Shown here piece by piece: positions 1 to 11,536 of a stretch of 64,000 bases of DNA; the stretch's first letter is position 1; every line of letters begins with the position of its first letter. A program made the position numbers and the translations under genes. This DNA comes from Ramazzottius varieornatus. Its lineage: Eukaryota; Animalia; Tardigrada. Location of the stretch: the NCBI GenBank assembly GCA_001949185.1, contig BDGG01000010.1, positions 1,497,773 to 1,561,772 of the forward strand, given 5' to 3'. The notes below the pieces were generated by a model, which searched no databases, was not told the DNA's origin, and saw only the letters and a list, made by a program, of their open reading frames with translations.

Positions 1-302
1 CTGGTGTCCGCGACGCTGCCCAGTAGCTGCACCGTGTCTGGATCAAAATTCTCGTCCGGATAGAGTCGAAGGAATTTCCGGACAAAGTCATCGAGTGTCA
101 TGAACTTGTCGCCTTGACGGGTGACGGAGACATACTTTTCAAAGATCTGGCGGAGCTTCTCGGACTCCGCACGTTTGACGGTATGGACAGGAACAACAAC
201 GACCTTCGTTTCGCAGTGCGCTGTCTTCCAATGCAACAAGCCGCTGCAGATTTCCTTCAGCGAACGGAATCCTGGTTGCTCCATGCTTCGTACGGTGTCC
301 AT
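1..302 (-). CDS. SLC25A12: Calcium-binding mitochondrial aspartate/glutamate carrier (aralar/citrin), 5' partial; continues off the window edge
   Basis: The minus-strand frame (not in the ORF track) reads MDTVRSMEQPG...KRAESEKLRQIFEKYVSVTRQGDKFMTLDDFVRKFLRLYPDENFDPDTVQLLGSVADT, matching the aralar/citrin N-terminal EF-hand region (KRADP..LR.IF.KYAS...GE.FM...DFV..YL......N..TV.LL..V.D.T). Start is ATG at 302 or 284. Confidence 0.85.
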   Translation of the reverse strand, partial: MDTVRSMEQPGFRSLKEICSGLLHWKTAHCETKVVVVPVHTVKRAESEKLRQIFEKYVSVTRQGDKFMTLDDFVRKFLRLYPDENFDPDTVQLLGSVADT

Positions 303-762
303 GATGATCCGGCAGCTGGAGATGCACCTGGAAGCAAGGGAACAACCACGAAGAAGCTGCGGAGAACGGCAGATGTTTTGCTCCCTTTATGCGATGCTGA
401 TTAAAAGACTTTGAACTAAAAAAACACAGCTGATTTCGAGTGAATACTTGCTCAAAGTCAAAGTAATCATAAGTATTAAGTACGAGTATTGCGGCAACAT
501 CGGACGATAAAGGCCGTGCCAGCCACAGTGGCCACAACACAAGGACACGCCCAACACTTGACCCACTGGGAGAATCGATTCGATTGTCAAGGAAAAGAAC
601 GGAAAAAATCCTCGAGGACACTCTAGAATCAACATGACTGCTTTCAATACTGTAGCAGCCAGCGGCAAAGCATGCGCAAGTATGGACAGTTCCCAGCTTA
701 GGAAAGGACGTGCTATAATTTAACTTAGCATCACTTTTGAGCCGTTTTCAAATCTGGGTAGT

Positions 763-1876
763 ATGTCTTCCCGGCGAAAGCTATCGGAGGATATCCATGA
801 TGACTGTACGGTACCGAAAAAGTCAAGACCATCCCTAGAAAATACACCAGAGGATCTTGAGGCCGCTGGAAATGCAGCTGGTGAGTTGGTCGACGTCCAC
901 GTTGCCCCAAAATGCTCGCGCACAACTGTGTCCATCCACGACCTTCACGAAAATATACTGGTGGAGATCCTCCAGCACTTGGACATTGTGAAGCAACTTG
1001 CTCTTCAAAGGTACAGTTAATGGTTATTCGTTGTTGCCTGAATAGCTACTAATACTATGTCTTCACCTAGTCAGAGTGTCGTCCCAATGGAATACTATCT
1101 TGACATCGCCTTCGGTTCTTCGAGCTCGCGGAGTGGATCAGGTCTTCTACATGAACCACGACCTGACCACTCGCTACATCGAATTCGACTCACTGGTCGA
1201 CAGGGCTGCTTGTATAGAGCTGGTGCATCTGTTCCTAGGAAGACAGATAAGGAGCAACTGGCCGGAACATGGCTACCATTACCACGCTTTCTTGCTCAGT
1301 AGCACATGCGACTTACTCGCCAAGAAGAGTCCTCGACTGAAGACCATCGTACTATCCCAGGGATACATCGACAAAGCTGTCCTGGACCACTGTCTCCCTT
1401 TATCTGTAAAGCGAGTGCTTTTCGACAGGGTGACAGTATGCGGATTTGGAACCTTTCCCTTCTACAAACACAACATTACAATCAAGAGGGACGTTCTACG
1501 GACAGGGAACGCCATCGCCGACACGGAAGATAGAATGTGGCAACTAGGAGCAATCCACTGTGCACAGTTAACTCCTGACGACCTGGAAGCCACATTTTTT
1601 CGAATTAGAAAAGCGAAGGAACTCGGGAAACTCAAATACGAGCTGCTGACGGACATTGTAGAAAGGTCTGCATATTTGAATATCATCATTCATCCATCTG
1701 CCACAATAAAAAGTATACTAACTTTGCTTCTGTTCAGTCGACAGCCAACAGCGCTGAAAGATGGTCGTTGGAGCGCGGACACTAGCGATCTAAACAAATT
1801 GGGCAACCTGACGCTCATGGAGCTCTTCACCTTTACCAGCTGCACTATCTACTCAGCCATGAGTGACAGCGTGTGA
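763..1876 (+). CDS. F-box domain protein with divergent, lineage-specific C-terminus; 2 exons (763-1010, 1075-1876)
   Basis: Removing intron 1011-1074 (GT..AG) gives IHDLHENILVEILQHLDIVKQLALQRVSSQWNTIL, an F-box consensus. The N-terminus is basic (RRK, PKKSR). Confidence 0.75.
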
Positions 1877-2258
1877 TCAGAAGACTTCATCGTCCACTTC
1901 CCAGGGTAATGAACATTGTACTGCACGAAGATAAGCACGAGCTAATAACAATACAAAGTCACGAAAGTGTATTCGACGAAGAAACTTGAATGGAACTTGC
2001 AAGTTTGGGAATTTTGTTGTTACATTATTTGGGCCAGCGGCAAAGTCAGTAATGCGTGGCCAGCTGGCGTCATAGAGAACAGGCTACAAGAGGAAATGGC
2101 AGCCAATTCCCATCCAATCAGCTGACCTTACCGTAGTAAACCCGCTCTTTTGAGTGCTTGGCAGTGTTTCTTTCCGACTCGATCCCCGTTCCATACTTCA
2201 GAATTAGGCTCCGCCTTACTGACTTACTCTGCCGCTTGCCCATTGTCGTTTTTTCACG

Positions 2259-5200
2259 CTATGAGGGTTCTCCGTTTCCTTCTCCATTTTCTTCGTCCTC
2301 GTTGGCGGGCTCCTCATCGCCGTAATCATCTTCTTCGTACATACGTCTGAGCTCTTCGATTTCCTCGTTATCTATTAACAAAGCAACGAAAGCTGTTTAG
2401 TGATGGTTTGTTTTGTGGTCAGTAATGTGCAGAATGCCTTGACAGTGACTAGCGGTTACCTAATTCGCCCCATAGCCAGTAGGTCTTCAAAGCGCCCTTC
2501 CCTTTCACGAACACCTCTCCGCGTTCTTCCACGTCGAACTGTCCCGTTGCGTCAAGGAAGCGCTTGCTTGTCAGGCTCATTTGAATTTTCATGTCTACAA
2601 GAACGAAATAATCGCACGCAAAAAGTCGAAGAACCGAAGGAAGAGCTAATCGAACCTTCTCCGCCCGTCAGCATTTGGAGTGAGACACTCATTGTATCAC
2701 CGAACAGAAGATACCGTGGAATCTGGTCTCCGACGACGCCGGCCATAACAGGACCTAGAATGACACCAATGCGTTAGTGCTGCAGGCTTTCAATGCTAGA
2801 AATACGACGTTTCTGTGACCACACCAATGACACGATCATACCTGCGTGGATTCCCATACGGATACCAAGCCGCGCTTCGGGTCGATGCTTTACTCGGAAC
2901 ATTGGAATACTATAGACCAGCTTGAGCGCAACTCGTGCAATTTCCCCGGCATGCTGACTCCCATTACGGTGAGGCAATCCCGAGACAACCTACAGAAATA
3001 TATGTTTAGCTTATGGAACGAAGGTAGGTTAAATTGCGAGACAAAAGCATAAGGAAGGCTATACACAAGTCCACCACATGGCAAGGAAAGCGTACCAGTG
3101 TGTTTTCCTTGTAGGTATCCACCTTGTAGGCATCGTGCTGTGCAATAATATCGTCGTAGAAGTCGCTAATATCATTCAAAAGTTCCACCATTTGGATCGG
3201 CGTGCTCTCCGCAGCAATATCGGCATACTGTTTGATATCACAGTGCATCACGCTGACCAGTTCATAGTTTTCGGGCCTTGGTTTCTCGCCAATCTTCATT
3301 GTTTCCGCAATCTTCCTAAAAGCCATGTTGTGTCACCTCCCTCCTTTTATCCAGGTCACAGCAATCAGAAAAACACTTACTTGGGTAAAACACTATACAA
3401 CAGCTGATCGCTCTTATTCTTTTCGTCGAGCAATGCCTGTCCTTTGTCTTCGACAATCTGATTAATGTTGAGCTCCATATCCTCCATCTGCTGAAGGAGG
3501 GTATCCAGGATATTACTTCGTTCTCCCATACCTCTGAAAACAGTCAAAAAGGTCAGTTCATCTCACCAACAAATGCGCTTGTATGAAAAGCCGCGAAAAG
3601 ATTCTTTACAGCTGTTTCCCCAGTTCTTTCATATTAGCTCGGACTTGCACCATGTTCGGTCTCTTCGTTGGGTCCACGGCCCAACATCGATCGCAAAGCT
3701 CGATGAGCTCCGCCGGACAAGCTGTTTCGTCGATTTTTGGTACAAACCGAGGTTGGGTCTCGTTCGCGCTGACTCTGATGTGCTCCAGTATTTCTATAAG
3801 AAAAGAAGAGTGAGCACAGACGGTAAACGATATCACAGACACAGACCTCCCCTACCGCACCTTCTTGTGGGATGGCGTACATCGAAAACGGTTTTGACCG
3901 CAACACCAGTTCCTGAATAATTATTCCGAAACTGTACACATCACCCTTCTGGCTGACAGAACTGATAACCTCGTATCGCGACAGCGCTTCGGCTCGAAGG
4001 TGTTCCGGTGCTTTCCACAGTTGCATAGTCATGTACTCTGGCTCTCTTTTCACCGCCCACAGCTCAGCTAGCGAAAGCTCGAAGAAGGCGTGCAGACCAT
4101 AGTCGCCAACCTTCAGCACGAACCTCGAGTCGATGTAGCAGCACAATGACGTGAGTCTTCCGTGAACATGCAGGACACTCTTGTGCAGGTAGGAAGTGCC
4201 TTTCATGCAGTCGCTGATTAAGGAGAAACGCATAGTCCATTCCAGCTTTGTGTTGGGATCGGCTATCAAGTCCTGAAAAACAGACAACACAGTAGAAAAT
4301 CGTTTGGGTCGTTGGTGAATGCTGAATGGAAAATCTCACCGTCAAGCAGCCTTTTGAGCAGTTTTCGTAGATGATGACGATGCGGTCATCATCCAGACAT
4401 GCTCCTTTGAAGGCCATAAGGTTGTCGTGTGACAATGTCCGGACTTCCCGTGCTTGCTTCAAAAGGGTCTTATTAACCACGATCCTTCGCTTCTTGCACC
4501 ATCGAACAGTGACCGCTTGCTTCTTCCACAAGCCCGTGTTCTCGGTTATCCGAATGGCCGCACTTTGCCGCGAGGCAGCTGTCAAGAAGCGGGCCACATG
4601 TAACCGATGTGCAAAATCGCTGAGTAGAGGTAAAAAAAGCTACTGAAGAATCATTCGGTGGGAAGGCTTTCAGTTTCAGTGCACTAGAAACTCAAAAACT
4701 ACCTTCTTGTAGCTTAATTTCGGAGACCATTTTTAATTCCTGGATTCTCTCCATCTCTTCATCGTCAGTGCCGGCACCTTCTCGTTTCTCGCCGCTCTCA
4801 TCTGTGTACGAGGTCCCGCCAGGTCGCACAAGGTCCATATCCTCCCACTTCGCTATCCAAGCCTTGTCTTCTCTTTCAAGCTTCTTCATGTGCTGGTACT
4901 TGAAGATCAGTATGATGATCAGAATCAGACCCAAAGGTACTGCCACACCAGCCGCAATCGACGCGATCGGCAACTTGTAAACTAAAAATGGTGTGAAAAT
5001 CTGATGAGATTACTGTACTGGTAAACTCGCATACCGGAAGTATGCAAAAGTTTGTTCACGTACCTACCTTCAGGCACACAAGGCCCTTCAATCCCACTGT
5101 ATCCACAAACGGGAGTGTTGACAGGAGGAGAAACACCGTTCGGCCATACTATGTTCGGTAGCTCAGCGTATGTGCTGTTCGTGCCATAGAAGACTGCAAC

Positions 5201-6994
5201 TCTCTGTAACCCGGAAGTGGAATCAAAGCTATTGAGCCGTGCTTGCTTCAGAAATCAACCTTTGTTAAGAAGTAAGTATGCGGGTTACACTACGTACCGC
5301 AAAGATTCCTGCTACTTTATCCGTCATCGCGAAAAGCAAAAAATCTTCTTCGCGGTCCCCGTTCGCTTTTAGATACATGGTACCGGAAGCGCCTTTGAAA
5401 GAGAGGATACACAGTAATTTTCTTCCATTATTTTGTAAGAACGAGTTAGATTGAAGGCTGAGCCATACCGGTGGATGTGGTTCCAGCGATGTACCGTCGA
5501 GATATGTTCCCGACAGTAGTTGCTTTCTGGAGGAAGGGTGGTTTGTACGTAGCGCCTTCTTTCTCGAAAGCCGCCCTAATACCCCGCGCCACAGCCATGA
5601 CGCAGTCGTAAGAAGTACGTACGAAGTAATCGTTCGAGAAAACCGTTTTGTCCATAGAGTCGTCCAGAATAGAAGGGCTGCCGTCCGTAGGGAAGATTAG
5701 CTTCCTTCCAGCATCATAGACAGCTTGAGCCGTAGTGGTGTTCGTCGTGTCGTTTACCACGAAGATGTACAATGACTGATAGGCCACCAACGACGCACTA
5801 TCATCGGAGTCTCCTGCAATGCTCATGGCATAAAACGAAACACACAAAATCTCGCTTACACACTACGTCTTGCGGAGCTTTTGCCGCACCTTGCTTCCAG
5901 TACGCTGGGTTTGTCGCCGTTAGAATCCCGTTTCTGTAGGGAAACTGGTCCATGACCAGATACATGTAAGAACCTTCGGTCATGTTCAAAGAGTAGGCGG
6001 TGACCATGAATTCACGAAGTCGGGCGTTATTCAAAACGATCATAACTAGCTCAAAATATGAACGGTCAGTCATCCATGCTGTGGCAAAAAGAATAGAAAG
6101 GCAAAGAATAAGGATGAGCCACTCACCTACTTCTGGACAACTTCCTTGCGTGATTCAACATGGTGGAAAGATCCATCGCGTTCGCCGTCAGGGAAAACTG
6201 CGTATAGCTCACATTGCGTGAGTTACATCGAGTCATTAGACTGTTTGCCCACACTGAGATAGACGCCGTCGAATCATCGTAAAAGATGGCGATGCTGGTC
6301 CAGTTATAGGTGGCAGTCATTCTCATGAAAAGCGACCACCTAAAAAACCTCAATGAGTATTACATTGCTGTCGTCTATCATTCCAACTTTGTCAAACGTA
6401 GACTTACTGAGTAAATGTGCTATAGCTACATCGGACCATGTTGACGAAAGGTTCCAGCGTATCGGCCAGAGTGACACTTCCGCTAGCCACAAGGACGGGG
6501 TAGCTCATGGTGATTATCCCAGCTTGAAGTGCGTCGGTGAAGCAGGGTGGTCCGAAGAAGACATCGTACCTCTTGCCGTTCTGCGGACTGGGTCTCCGGG
6601 AGGCCAACGTCAACTGCTTGAGAGAGTACCACCCAACCTTGGCCACACACGGCAGGTACAGGTAGTAGTCCACGGTGAACTTGATGTTGATGGCCGGATC
6701 AGCCAACGCTGCACGGAAGGCCACTTCGTGTGCAGGTTTGAGGTTGTCAATGAAGAACTTGTTTCTGACTGACGACGCATCTATCGGGAAATCAGAGCTT
6801 TCACCGTTATAGCTCGTCGCATCGATCGGGGTGTTGAAATATCGTTTCGCGCTCAAATCGGGAAGCTTTGAGCCGTTCTTTACTGGCAAGAAGACAGCCG
6901 TCGTCACTTCAAGCTGTGTCTGGCCGACCACATTACGGAAGTTTATCACAGACAACGCAATCAACACTCCAAAGACCTTCAACCATTCAGTCAT
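2259..6994 (-). CDS. Receptor-type (natriuretic-peptide-receptor-like) guanylyl cyclase, multi-exon, with degenerate catalytic residues
   Basis: Signal peptide MTEWLKVFGVLIALSVINF; ANF-receptor-like ectodomain (VFFGPPC, YNWTSIAIFYDD); TM helix IAAGVAVPLGLILIIILIF; kinase-homology domain (VHGRLTSLCCYIDSRFVLKVGDYGL, LWKAPEHLR, SQKGDVYSFGII); cyclase domain (ESTPIQMVELLND, VVSGLPHRNG, GVVGDQIPRY, KGKGALKTYWL); acidic tail ending TAG at 2259-2261. Confidence 0.9.
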
Positions 6995-7173
6995 ATCACC
7001 ATTACAAGAGAGCAGAACCCTAGAAAATAAATACAAAACTATAAACAATTAAATGACATCAAGGTCCGATTTAGTCCGGGACTCGTCCACCATAATACAA
7101 GACCCAAACGATGATGCTCACCATTATACAGGTTCAGCAGGTATCTTAGGAACACCAAGAGCAATTTTTCCTA

Positions 7174-8995
7174 TCAGTCCTTGGTCGCTTTGATCTCCAG
7201 CTTCTTCTCCATGATCCCTTTGGTGAGCTTCATATTGGCCAGATCCTTACTCAAAGTCTTCACTTTGGCCATGAGGGCGTTGAAAGCCTTCATCCTCCCG
7301 GCTTTTATCGCTTCCAGGCTTTCGCTGTCTTCTGCTATCACCCGATCACAAAGCGCTCCCAGCTCTGCTTCATCATTGATCTGGTACCACTTGTTATCCT
7401 CAATCACCTTCGCCACATCTGTGGACCCACTTCCGTCTTTCACAAGGTCTTGTAGAATGTTCAGAACTATCGAACGAGGAACTTTCTCTTCGGACAGCAT
7501 ATCGGTCAACAAGGCGAAATCTTTCGGCTTCACTGGAATCTCTTCGGCAGACTCGGAAAGATTCGCGGTGTTCAGGATACCCACCAACCCATTCATGATG
7601 AGTGTGGAAACGTTCTGTGGTGTGGAATTTTTCGCCATAGGGACAGCGGCATCGAACAGAGATGACAGACGTTCATCCGCGACAATCATAGCCGCATGAA
7701 TGGGGAAGAGTTTGAACTCTTCCAAGTATCTCGTTCGTTTCACTGAAGGCAGCTCGGGGAGTTCTTTCTTCACCACAGCGATATCAACCTGGCCTTGCGG
7801 GACTATTTGAGAGTTTTCAGAGTTGAATAAGCGTAAGGGAGGAAGGTTGGGTTCAGGCATGTATCGATAATCTTGCAGGATCTCCTTGTCCCTCATCGGG
7901 TACGTCCTCCCCGTCTTCAGGTCAAAGCCTCTGGTCTCATTCACAACTTTCTCACCCTTTTCCAGTATCTTAACCTGGCGGGATATCTCGTAGTCTATGG
8001 CTTTCGAAATGAACTTCATACTAGCCAAGTTCTTCACTTCGCTCCGTACGCCTAATGGTTCGCCCTTCCGATGCACAGAGATGTTCGCATCAACCCGCAA
8101 CGACCCTTCGAACATCCGTACATCACAGACGTGAAGAACTTTGAGGATCAGAACGAGTTCGCGAACGAACGCGGCTGCTTGCTCGCCCGAAGTGAAGTCA
8201 GGCTTGGTAATGATCTCCATTAAGCCGATGCCAGCACGGTTCAGGTCTATGAGGCTGTTGTTATCTTGTGGATTGTGAATGCTCTTACCGCTGTCTTGCT
8301 CCAGCTGGATTTGTTCAATGTTGACAATGTGCTTGTGCGGTTGTTTGTTAACAACTTGAACGTACTCCATCCATCCGCTCGCGGCAATAGGCTTGTAGCG
8401 CTGAGTAATTTGGTATCCGGTAGGAAGATCGGCGTAGAAGTAATGCTTACGATCGAACAGCGAGACTGGGTTAATCGTACAATTCAGAGCGAACGCAGTT
8501 TTCACGGCAGCTTCCACACAGCGTCTGTTCAGCACCTGGAATAAGCACATAGCGTCGTACCGATGGTAACCCATCCAGTAAATTCATTTCCGGTGGCTGC
8601 TTACTGGTAATGTCCCAGGTGTAGCGCAGTCGAACAAGGACACTTGCGTGTTACTGGGTGCAGAAAACTCCGTTCCGCTTCCGGAGAATAGCTTGCTTTT
8701 TGACTTGATCTGAGCATGGATTTCCAACCCGATAACGCCACTCCATCCATCAGTCTGCTGCTTCGGCTCTGCTTGCGCGTCGCTTTTCTGGCCTTTGGGT
8801 GGCCTGTTCCGTGTACCTTGGAGCAGAGGATAGGTGTGCAGGTATCGCCTGCACTGTCTGGCTATCTGCAAACAGAGAATCATCGTCCAAATACTGGAGG
8901 CCGGAAAATCTCAGCGTCCACCGGAAAAAAAGAACCAAGTCAAACGAAATTAACGAACTGAATTACGCGTACTGAATTCTGAAATCTAATACCAT
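7174..8995 (-). CDS. GATB: Glutamyl-tRNA(Gln) amidotransferase subunit B, mitochondrial (GatB/PET112)
   Basis: [23 protein letters not shown](V)[66 protein letters not shown]. The first coding exon is probably ATG only (8993-8995, followed by GT), spliced to the presequence-like [15 protein letters not shown]. Confidence 0.95.
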
Positions 8996-9510
8996 CCGGT
9001 AATCAAGATGCTGAATCAAGTGCAAGGACGCTCTGTCGTCATCGCGAAGCCTGACGTCATAGGTTCGTTTGGGATCATGTCACGCCATATAGCTGACGCT
9101 GTTATGTCTACTAATCTTATTCCTCCACTGTTAACTTAATTCCGGTGGACATCTGCCCGCTCGTTTCATTCATCCTTGTCCGACCATCATCCTTGTTCCA
9201 GAGTAGCGCAGAGCGGAACTTAACTTGCGCCTGTATGATCGAGCTGCTGACGAGGGCAAGACCCGTATGGACTTGTAGGATGTAATATCTTGTTTGTTGA
9301 CGTTGCCGCGAGACAGCCTCTCAAAGATCGAACGCTACGCGCACGAGCCATCTTCTTTCTCATCTTCAATCCGAAGATTCCTCTCGATCGTCTGCTCGCA
9401 AGCAAAACTACTGTGTCGCAGGGTGGTGGTGTTCCGGGATCCGATACGGACAGATTCGGGCGGATTATATCTCCAAGTTTCTTGACCCACAGCGGAAAGG
9501 GACTTTTAAA

Positions 9511-11239
9511 ATGGCCATGGTACGTAGCTAGATATCACGCCCGTCCTGCGGTATAACCAGATCGTTTTTGCAGAACGAGAACGAGGAATACTACTGTTTC
9601 GAGGTTGTTTGGGACTACGAGGGAAATATTCGACAGTTTGTCCTCCGTTTCTTCCCTCTGCAAGAAAGTTCGGAACTGGTATATTCGTAAAATGCACTAT
9701 CGTTCGGGTGCTACGCGTACTATTGTTACAGTACTGTATAACGTCTCTCTGTCATGCTAGTACGATGTTATGAAGCACAAGACCTTCATGAAGAGGACAA
9801 GAACGTCCAACCTCAAGTTATCCCACCTGAACATCGGCAAAACTGTCTCTGTTCTCAACCGCCAGCTCCTCGTGATGAACTACGCTGATGTCAAAACCCG
9901 CGTGACTATGGAGAAGCTCTTCCAAAGGTACAGAATATATGCCTTGATTAGCTGCTGGGGGGGGGGGGGTNNNNNNNNNNNNNNNNNNNNNNNNNNNNNN
10001 NNNNNNNNNNNNNNNNNNNNGGGGGGGGGGGGGTTTTGCGACGACATCATGCATCCTGATATCTTTCTTTTTCTCTTAGAACAGCTGTCGTGTTCAAGGT
10101 CAATGAGAACATGGGCGATGTCCTGGACTCCCTAACCGGTCACTGGCTCACTACAAACTCCTCCAATATGGTCATCACCCGGGTGAAAATGACCATCCTG
10201 GACCGGGAAGACATCCTGAAGCTCGGACTTGTTGGTCAATGTGGTTTCAGGTAGCCACAGCCTCTAATGGGTCACTGATAAGCTAATCGCCGCTTTTGAT
10301 ATATACGTTTCTTCGACCGGTAGTGATCCGTGCATTGCAGCGGAAGTTACGGGCGAAGATGCGGTGAAGCATTGCCAAGACATCCTGGCTATGGTTAGCG
10401 CCAAGTTCATGATCCACGACTTCTGCTACGCCTCACCCGATCCTCAAACAGCCAAATGGACACTCAGCTTACTTTTTGACAAGCCAAGGAGGAACACTTC
10501 GGTTTGTGGTAATGGGATACTGTGCCTAATAAAACCACACTCAGTGCGCGAAGGTTCGAGTTCAAATGTTATCGTGGTTTGGTCGTACCAGGAAGTTTTA
10601 AGTTAGTGGGTATAACGTTCGCTGCGGTTGCAGGAGCTACTCCGAAGATCATTCAGCACATCTTACGATATGGGTTCAAGATCTTAGCCATCGAAACGCT
10701 CGTATTGGAGCGTCACATTGCAGAAGGGTTCTTGGAGCTGTACAGAGGAGTTGTTCCCGAATATTTGGTAACCTCGTTATACTGATTGCGTTCGCTGACT
10801 TGTGCTGACTACTCTGTCGCTGTAGCCATGGGTCGACGACTTCGCGTCAGGACCCTGTGTGGCTCTTGAGGTGGAGGAATTTTGCCCTTTGGGTCCACGT
10901 GAGATTCCGAGAGAGCCGTGTCAAGATCCACCGCCAGCCCCTGCCTGTAACCAGACTTATGACAAGTTCCGTAGTTTCGCTGGTCCAGCCGATCCAGTAA
11001 GTTTCCAGCTTCACATGATCGAATTGCAGAAAGTATCCAAACTTCGACCTTGTGGGATTAGGTAGTTTCCTTTTCAGAATATTGCTCGAACAATTCGACC
11101 AAGTTCGCTACGTGCTTTGTTCGGGAGAGATAAGGTTTTCAACGGTGTTCACTGCACTGATCTTCAGAGGGACTGTCAGAGCGATTTAGAGTTTATTTTT
11201 CGATACATTGCTCGTCCCGAAATAATTGCTACTAGATAA
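9511..11239 (+). CDS. NME7: Nucleoside diphosphate kinase 7 (DM10 domain + two NDK-like domains), multi-exon
   Basis: DM10: YCFEVVWD...FVLRFFP...YDVMKHKTFMKRT...LNIGKTVSVLNRQLLVMNYAD. NDK domain B: LCLIKPHSVREG, AEGFLELYRGVVPEY, SGPCVALEV, FRSFAGPADP, RPSSLRALFG, NGVHCTDL. Stop TAA at 11237-11239. Confidence 0.9.
9971..10020. other. Assembly gap (50 N) flanked by poly-G runs, inside an NME7 intron
   Basis: Run of n with G homopolymers on both sides. Confidence 0.98.
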
Positions 11240-11536
11240 CATAAAGCTTCACGAGTAAATCTTGATGCAGCTCGGCGTCGTATAATGGTTCTCGAGGTAG
11301 CCGTTTTGCTGGTTGTCCGGACAGATTATTTTTCGTAAACTCTTAGAGCATCGAAGCTGAGGAAATTTCGGTGGTAAAAAAGCACTTGTTAAAGTTTAAA
11401 ACAGTAAAATACTAAAAGTGTGTGAGCAAAAGAGAAAGAAACTGCACGCACAATGCGTTTAACAACGAGGTTTTATCCTGAGGGCAAGGCATGGAACTGT
11501 CTGGTTCTGCATCTTTAGCAAACCATTGCGCAGTGT

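Noticed and set aside
7181-7699. Long antisense ORFs in the track (e.g. 7181-7699, 24112-24774, 26274-26783, 6353-6772)
   Set aside because: Shadow frames of real genes on the opposite strand, many with non-ATG starts.
9956-10034. Poly-G / GGGG-X ORF
   Set aside because: Assembly gap inside an intron; not coding.
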